A stretch of 64,000 nt of DNA from Octopus sinensis (lineage: Eukaryota). The translations under genes and the position numbers were made by a program. Location: positions 82,522,001 to 82,586,000 of the forward strand of contig NC_043000.1 in assembly GCF_006345805.1 (NCBI RefSeq). The letters run 5' to 3'. This document shows positions 56,145-64,000 of this stretch, one piece after another; the first letter of the stretch is position 1, and every line of letters begins with the position of its first letter. The notes beneath the pieces are model-generated. The model was not told where the DNA came from and searched no databases. It saw nothing but the letters and a program-made list of their open reading frames with translations.

Positions 56145-56997
56145 ACAAAATTTAGAGGAATGACCACTAATAGTGGACAGCCTGTATGCTAGATATAGAC
56201 GTCAAACTCGCTCTTTACCACGAAGAATGTGTTCTCAAGAAAAAATTCAGCAAAAACCAAAGTTTAAAAATAAGACAAATGAAAATATATGAAAATAAGA
56301 AACGATTACCTACGTACTAATTAGTTTCACTTGTTAATATTTACGTATATCTGCAAGATCGTCAGCGTAGGCTGTCGTTTACGAAATACAATTTCTAGAA
56401 CTAGATACAGGGCGCTCGGCCGAATCCAGCATGTATAAAGCTCCACAAATTATATTTATGTGTATCTTTCAAATGCCTTCACTTTGGCGCGCTGAGATCG
56501 GAAATTACTCTGCAGTTAATAAACTACAGCAGTTAATTTACCGGCTAGAGAACATTTTTTATTTAAAATTAAATATGGGTAGAAATTGATATTAATCAAT
56601 TAAAACCAGTGGCCTAGCATATTTTTTTTTAAATCCAAAGATTGAAATCGTTTTTTATTTTCGTATATTTTCATTTGTATTATTTTTAAACTTTGGTTTT
56701 TGCTGAATTTTTTGTTGAAAACACATTCTTTGTGGTAAATGGCGAGTTTGACGTCTATATCTAGCATACAGGCTGTCCACTATTAGTGGTCATTCCTCTA
56801 AATTTTGTATGTATAAAATTTTCAATCTTCGGATTTTTTTAAAAATATGCTAGGCCACTGGTTTTAATTGATTAATATCAGTCTCTGCCCTCATTTAATT
56901 TTAAATTTTAAAAAATGTTCTCTAGCCGGTAAATTAACTGCTGTAGTTTATTAACTGCAGAGTAATTTCCGATCTCAGCGCGCCAAAGTCAAGGCGT
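56145..56997 (-). mobile_element. Non-coding PLE/retrozyme-like ~500-bp unit plus inverted, circularly permuted partial copy
   Basis: 56145-56307 is inverted at 56646-56810 and 56474-56646 is inverted at 56818-56997. (TA)n flanks. Confidence 0.8.
56302..56378 (-). ncRNA. Type I hammerhead ribozyme, canonical core
   Basis: cctacg CTGACGA t cttg...caag t GAAA ctaattaGT A cgtagg. 6-bp stem I; palindromic ACTAATTAGT stem III. Confidence 0.8.
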
Positions 56998-57062
56998 CAT
57001 ATTTGACGAGATGTTCCATCTATTTACACACCCATCCGGTGTTAAGCACTTTCAGTTCGTTA

Positions 57063-57139
<77 letters not shown>

Positions 57140-57145
57140 TCACAC

Positions 57146-57195
<50 letters not shown>

Positions 57196-57440
57196 CAGTC
57201 CCACTGCGTGGCACCTTGGGCAAGTGTCTTCTATAGCCTCGGGCCGACCAAAGCCTTGTGAGTGGATTTGGTAGACGGAAACTGAAAGAAACCCATCGTA
57301 TATATGTATATATATGTATATGTGTGTGTGCGTGTATGTTTGTGTTTGTCCCCCTAGCATTGCTTGACAACCGATGCTGGTGTGTTTATGTCCCCGTCAC
57401 TTATAAAAGAATAAAACAATAAACGCATAAGAGAATAAAA
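57196..57440 (+). mobile_element. SINE family A, partial
   Basis: cagtcccactgcgtggcaccttgggcaagtgtctt... Confidence 0.85.
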
Positions 57441-57453
57441 GAAAATATATACA

Positions 57454-57629
57454 CGAGGGGATGCTGGAAAATTCCTGGCTTGAAGGATCTCGTGAAAGGC
57501 CTGGCAATAAGTGCGTGAAGGGCCGCTGCAATAAGTGTGTAAATCTGAGAGGAGAATATTTTGAAAAGAACCATAATTAACTAATCCTCCTGTATTACCC
57601 AAAGCCAGTAAATTCGCAACACCCACTCG
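57454..57629 (+). mobile_element. Mariner-derived MITE (irritans-like termini)
   Basis: cgaggggatgctggaaaattcctggct / agccagtaaattcgcaacacccactcg; relic NKCVNLRGEYFEK. Confidence 0.65.
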
Positions 57630-57967
57630 TATGTCTGTTTGTATCTATATATACATTCATATATATATATATATATAGATAATATATATTATTTTATATG
57701 AATATAATATAATATATATATTATATTATATACGTATTGTGTGTGCGTGTAAGTATGTATGTATGTATGTCTGTTTCTGTCTGTATATGTATATATGTAT
57801 GTGTGTGCATGCATGTGAATAAATATATAGCTACACAGACAGTAGACAAACAGACGTCAGAATGTAGATAGATGTATGTATATATATGATAGATAGATGA
57901 TAATAGATAATAGATAGTAGGTAGATAGATAGATAGAAGAGACAGACAGAGAGATAGAGAGATAGAG

Positions 57968-58046
<79 letters not shown>

Positions 58047-58372
58047 CATAGATAAAGATATGTATCTATTATGTATGTAAAGTGAATAGCTTTTGATTGA
58101 AAGCACGTCTATGTTCTAGATTTAACTTTTTATCAAATTTTTATCATATTTTCAAATTATTTTCTTGCAGTTTATTTGGAACAGAGATGTTTCCAAACAA
58201 ACAGCAAAGAAACCATACGAAAACATGATGAAATCTTGATATAGAATATCAAAAAAATGAGTTTAGCCTAGAATATAGATACAGTCGTGTTTTGAATACA
58301 TATTTTAAAGAAAAGTTATTCCCATTATATGTGTGTTTCTCTATGCGTGTGCGTGTATGCGTGTGTGCGTGT

Positions 58373-58411
<39 letters not shown>

Positions 58412-58770
58412 GTGCAGATGTGTGTATACGCCTAGTTGTCTAAATCCATTGACATATATAAACAATGAATCTAATCTATTTATTGAATGTATGTGCCAGA
58501 CTGTAGATTATATTCTGTCTACTAATTCCTAAGAGAACCCAGTACCAAAATATAAAAAGTTTTGGACAAATGCCAAAAGAAGGAGAGTACATTCGTAGAA
58601 CTGACCTACAATTTGGGGATCAAATCTGTTGACCCACAAAACAATCATAGATGTGATTCATCTTAAGCTTATATTTCTATGAGTCTTTACAGAATGAAAT
58701 TTGGTAACAAAAACAAAAGAAGAAAGGTACATCTATCAGTAGACCTAACCAGCTATATATGTGTATGTAC

Positions 58771-58836
<66 letters not shown>

Positions 58837-59167
58837 CTATAAACGTGTGTATGCATGTGTGTTTCTGTTTGTTTGTGTATATATATATGTGTGTGTGTGT
58901 TTGCAGGTGTGTGTATGTGTGTGTATATATGAGTGTGTGTATGAACTTATATATGCGTATGTGTATGTGTGCATGTGTCTGTGTGTAGCTTAAATGGCGA
59001 GAAAATATCTCAAAGGCTAAAATTATCAAAATAAAAAAAAACAATATTACTAGGTGCATGTACACACGTACACATACGCGCACACACACAGCCACGCTTA
59101 AGCACTCATACACGCACACACACGCGCATATATACATACACACGCACGCGCGCACACATGCACTCAC

Positions 59168-59214
<47 letters not shown>

Positions 59215-59384
59215 AATACACACACGCGTAAGCACATGCAGATTTAAATATATATTGAAATATAACAAAGACTCACTGTGCATTAAATAAGAATGTAAGC
59301 ACATTCTTCCAATGCTCACACCTTATTTAACCCACAGTGAAATATTTTGCCTCTTTTGATTTTGATTTTGATATATACATATAT

Positions 59385-59426
<42 letters not shown>

Positions 59427-59451
59427 TATATATATATAATATATATATATC

Positions 59452-60082
59452 TTAATTAAAATCTTAGGGTAGCAAGAATATTCATCGAAAAATTCTTAGT
59501 TACCAGTGGTCTAGCGAGAAAGAAAATTTAGTCAATAGACTATATATTATTCAGAGAAGAATACAGTGTACGTTCAAACACAAAAGAAATACCCAAAGAA
59601 TAGGATATCTGACTCGCTAGAAAGAGCAGTTAAAACTCCATGTGGTCTACCACTAAGAATTTTTCGATGAATATTCTTGCTACCCTAAGATTTTAATTAA
59701 TGATAAAATGTTTTTTGGCTAATTCTGGAGGAAAATCGGCAATTTATTTATTTAGTGCTGATTAAGTTCCGCATCTGCGCGGTAAATTCGAAAAATTAGA
59801 CACGTGGCTGATTACTTATAGATCCATGTCTATGGATTCAGTCTTGGCAACCTACTGAGGACGCAGCGCCAGATATAGACTGAAATTATCTTATTTCAGT
59901 CTGTATTTAAGTCTGCAGAAACCTTGCAGGGTCTAGGATTAAGGTAAAAGTTTTTTATTTTTCAATCACTTTCGGAATTACAACAATTGGTGGCTTGGAG
60001 TTTTAACTGCTCTTTCTAGCGAGTCAGATATTCTATTCTTCGGGTATCTCTTTTGTGTTTGAACGTACACTGTATTCTTCTC
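59452..60082 (+). mobile_element. Non-coding PLE/retrozyme-like unit with inverted 5' piece
   Basis: 59452-59640 is the reverse complement of the unit end joined to the unit start. Related copy at 19455-19745. Confidence 0.8.
59849..59940 (+). ncRNA. Type I hammerhead ribozyme with long stem II
   Basis: ccta CTGAGGA c gcag [hairpin atatagactgaaat/atttcagtctgtat] ctgc a GAAA ccttgcaggGT C tagg. Confidence 0.78.
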
Positions 60083-60554
60083 TCTCTCTCTCTCTCTATA
60101 TATATATTATATATATATATATATCCGAAATTGCGAGGATAATCTGGTGCTTGACTGAAGAAAAAAAACTTCGAATGACCCGTCCTTGTTTTCTTTGTAT
60201 AGTCTATCTGGATGTTTTGTTGTCCCTTTTTGTATCACCTAGCTGTCCGGATGTTTTGCGTTCTTGTCCCATTTTGTATTTTATATATATGTATATATAT
60301 ACATATGTGTGTGCGCGTGTGCTTGTGTGCGCGCGCGGGCGTGTGCTTGTGTGCGCGCACGGGCGTGTGCTTGTGCGCGCGTGAGTATGTTTATTATATC
60401 AAGTGTTGACAGCCCGAGACCGGATTGTTCACGACAGTCGTAAACATTCCAATCCTGGGTAAAACTCTGAACAGACTGACGCCTCTTGATATAATAATCA
60501 AATCTATATTCATTCTACTCGTTGGATTGAGCTCTATATTAGATAATGATTACA

Positions 60555-60958
60555 TGGACGCGGTCGTGGCTGTGTGGTAAGAAGTTTGCTTCGTAGCCAC
60601 CTGGTTCCAGGTTCACTCCCACTGCGTGGCAACTTGGGCGTCAGGCCGACTAAAGCCTTGTGAGTGGATTTGTTAGACGGAAACTGAATGAAGCCCGACG
60701 TATATACATGTGCATGTGTGTGTGTGCGTATGTGTGTGTCTCTGAGTCTGTGTTTTTCCCCAACCACCATTTGACAACCGGCACTTGTGTGTTTACGTTC
60801 CGGTAGCTTAGCGGTTCAGCAATAGAAACCGATAGAATAAATGCTAGGCTTAAATAAATAATAAATACCGGGATCGATTCCTTTGAATAAAAAAATATCC
60901 AAGGTGGTGCCCCAGCATGGCCGCAGTCCAGTGACCGAAACAGGTAAAGGATAAAAGA
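60555..60958 (+). mobile_element. SINE family A
   Basis: Head, body and tail motifs. Confidence 0.85.
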
Positions 60959-60975
60959 TTAAATGTTTTTAATAT

Positions 60976-62110
60976 ATCAGGTTGTTTCACATGAAATGTG
61001 TTTGAAAGGTAACAATAAAATGCTTCAGAAGTGTTAGAGAACTGATTTATTTAATCAAAGTATGATCCATGTTCATTTATGACGTTTACCCAAAGTTTCT
61101 ACATGTCATATATTCCATCTTAAAAAAAAAAATCATCTTTTGCTGTCCGAATGCTTCATTTACTTCTTCTTTATTTAAGAATGTTTTGTTGCTTATGAAA
61201 AGTTCAAAATGCTTAAATAAGTGATGATCAGTAGGAGAGATATCAGGGGAATAGGGAGGATGTTGCAAAATCTCATAATTCAGGCTTTGTAACTTTTGGA
61301 CTGTAGCTTGAGGAGTGTGAGGACGTGCATTGTTGTGGAGCAAAACTGGGCCATCTCTACTCACTAGTCTGGGTTGCTTATTTTGCAAATTCTCATGCAT
61401 ACAATCAATTTCCTCACAATACGATGTTGCTGTTACCGCTTTTCCTTGTTGCAAAAATGAACAATGAATAACTCCCTTCGCAGACCACCATACAGTGACC
61501 ACTAACTTTTTAGGGTACAATGTAAGGCTTGGTTAGTGTTTAGGTGACTCTCCTGCATCTAATCACTGTCCTGTTCTCCTGCTATTGCCAAAGACTATCC
61601 AGTTTTCATCACAAGTACTGATTTGATGCAAAAATGGTCTTTTCCCAGTCGAGAAAGCAATAACTAGCACACTTCGAGGTGTCTGTGTTTTTTTTTTAAT
61701 CTCGTTCAGTTGATGTGGAACAAACCTCTCTGTTTTCTTGACTTTTTCAATTTTTTGTAGGTGTCCAAAAACAGTTGTTCGAGATGTTTGGAGTCTGATA
61801 AAAGTTTTCGAACCTTTGTTCTGATTTTGTTCAACCAAAGCGTTTAATAACTAATTTTGCCCTACATCTTGGTTTATTTTCAAGGCTATCGTCTCCTGAA
61901 CGAGAGCTTTGGAACCATCTCTGAACAGTTCTGATGTCAGTAAAACATTACCAAAGTCCCGCTTGATATTCCGTCGAGCTTCTGCGACAGAGTGACCCAG
62001 TTTGTACTCGTACGAGAAAATCACTCAACATAGTTTGGTTATCATTTTCGTAAGGGTACGAATTTTGTATACCAATATTGTTGAGAAAGAAAAAGAGTCA
62101 AGATTAAATG
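60976..62110 (-). mobile_element. Mariner transposon relic, frameshifted
   Basis: IFSYEYKLGHSVAEARRNI, FVPHQL, STCDENW, VTVWWS, LLHNNARPH, HPPYSPDISPTDHHLF. One TIR-like end (tcaggttgtttcacatgaaatg). Confidence 0.88.
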
Positions 62111-62365
62111 AAAACTATTTTCCTTACCAAGAAGGCTTCGTGGGCTTCCGTACACACACACACACACATAATTATTATCGATAGGAACAGTATTGATATC
62201 CAAGGGTAATCTTTACATCCAACATAACGTGGATGTTTGAATGTTGTTAGAACGCCGAATACTCCGGTATTCGCCGTGAAAAGTCCTCTCATATAGATGC
62301 ATGGTGCATAAAAGCATACATATTTATATCGTTGGCAGATGAGAATCCTCTGCTTTGGGTACTGG

Positions 62366-62415
62366 AACTGCCAGATCAAGTGATTTCGACGCACTGCGTC
62401 TCGTCATTGACAGCT
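62366..62415 (-). ncRNA. Type I hammerhead motif with C3A change (probably impaired)
   Basis: agctgtca ATGACGA gacgc agt gcgtc GAAA tcacttgAT C tggcagtt. Confidence 0.55.
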
Positions 62416-63749
62416 ATCCCCCGAGTGGGTAAACAAATAAACAAAAAATACTTGATAAAAATTTGACTCAACTATGCACTATTAAATTTTTCGTTAGCAT
62501 ACGACACTTTCCCCTTGTCAGATGTTCTTCTATATATCAAAAATGAGTGGATGGTCATGGGTGGAATGACCTTTACCATAAGTCCGCTAAATCAGAGCTG
62601 ACCTGGCACTAAACGATAATAACGATATTACTATAATACAACCATCATTTTAACTACAACTACATTACACCCACCGCCATCACCTACAACACACACATCA
62701 TAATTATCTTCATCCTCATTCTTAGTATCATCATCATCGTCAACAGCAATATCATTATCATGACCACCACCACTACCATTATCATCGTCATCATCATCAT
62801 TATCACTAACACACACCTATCATTATCATGATCGTCGTCGTCATCAACCTCATCATCTTCGTCGTCGTCGCCGTCATCATCGTGATCATTGCTATCATCA
62901 CTGCCAGCACCATCGTCAATGACATCATCGTCGTCATCGTCGAACCACTACCATTATCAGCAGCAGCAGCAGCTGCATCTTCTTGCCCGCCGGTCTACCA
63001 TTAATCACCTCCCTCCCCCGCCCATGACGCTAGAGCCATTTAGTTAGACAATGAACAAGAGAACGGTTATTTTGGCGAAGGAGATGGTGGTGCCGATATT
63101 GCTGTCCTCAAGGAATGTCGCAAAATTTGCAGGAATCGGTACACAAGATGATTGATGCATAACCGGTGCACCTGCATCTAATGGGAAGACCTAATTAATT
63201 ATCTATATACACATGAATACAAACATAATACTCACCTATATATATATAATATATATGTTCATACATACATATATATATATATAATATATATATATGTATA
63301 TATATATATCTATATATATATATATCTTATATATATATATATATATTAATATATATATATATATATTATATATATATACATACATATATGTATATGGCAA
63401 AAGTATATATATACATATATTATACACATTACATATTATATATATATATATGTATATTTAAAAGTATATAATACATGTATATATATATATTCTGTATGAC
63501 TATAATACAAATATATATACACATACGTATATATATATGCATGTATGTGTGTGTGTGTATACATATGTACATTCAGACATACATAATACATATACAAATG
63601 TGAGTGTGCGCGAACTAGTTTAGATATGTAAATATTTTACATACATCTTGATCTGTAATCACTTGTTTATGATATGAGCTATACGTGTGTGTTTGTGTGT
63701 GTGTGTGTGCGTGTGTGTGTGTGTATATGTATATATATATATGTAAATG

Positions 63750-63812
<63 letters not shown>

Positions 63813-63896
63813 GGATGAAAGGGAACACATGAGTTGATATATATGAAAAAACAAGTCAAGATAGAAAATGCTAAAATAATTTTATAAAGAACATTT

Positions 63897-63934
63897 CAGT
63901 ACCGGTTTCAGTCATTTTGAGACCTTTTCAACTG
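63897..63934 (-). ncRNA. Minimal hammerhead motif with U3-A8 core
   Basis: cag TTGAAAA ggtc tcaaaat gact GAAA ccgGT A ctg; palindromic ACCGGT stem III. Confidence 0.5.
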
Positions 63935-64000
63935 TAATGATTAGATAATTAATTTTTAGATTAAAATTAAATAATTAATTTTTAAAATTTAGAAAAATTA

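Noticed and set aside
63040-63192. 48-codon open frame after an AG on the minus strand (VFPLDAGAPVMHQSSCVPIP...)
   Set aside because: No polypyrimidine tract, no recognisable domain and no partner exons. Cannot be supported as an exon without RNA data.

Overview
This is AT-rich, microsatellite-saturated eukaryotic DNA. The repeat families resemble those of coleoid cephalopods, probably Octopus (inferred, not searched). I found no intact host protein-coding gene, and almost all listed ORFs are microsatellite translations. The window is a mosaic of tRNA-derived SINEs (three families), Tc1/mariner relics (DD34E, DD36E, maT-like, mariner), hAT MITEs, a Helentron-like element, RTE/Tx1 LINE 3' ends and many Penelope-like element (PLE) pieces. 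Four observations stand out. (1) There are about 12 type I hammerhead ribozyme motifs with short, mostly palindromic stem III. They include a 358-bp tandem retrozyme-like repeat with a compensatory U3-A8 core and a dispersed family with a CUGU(C/G)GA core. (2) A triple-nested insertion (PLE > SINE > 2.2-kb ORF1-only 'half-LINE') is present. The half-LINE shares its 3' tail with a SINE and a LINE end, and uses the same target nucleotide as an independent SINE insertion. (3) One Tc1-like element has DD36E (Incomer-like) spacing. (4) A head-to-head palindromic tRNA-like retro-insertion is flanked by a target-site duplication (TSD). Coordinates were read by eye and may be off by a few bases.
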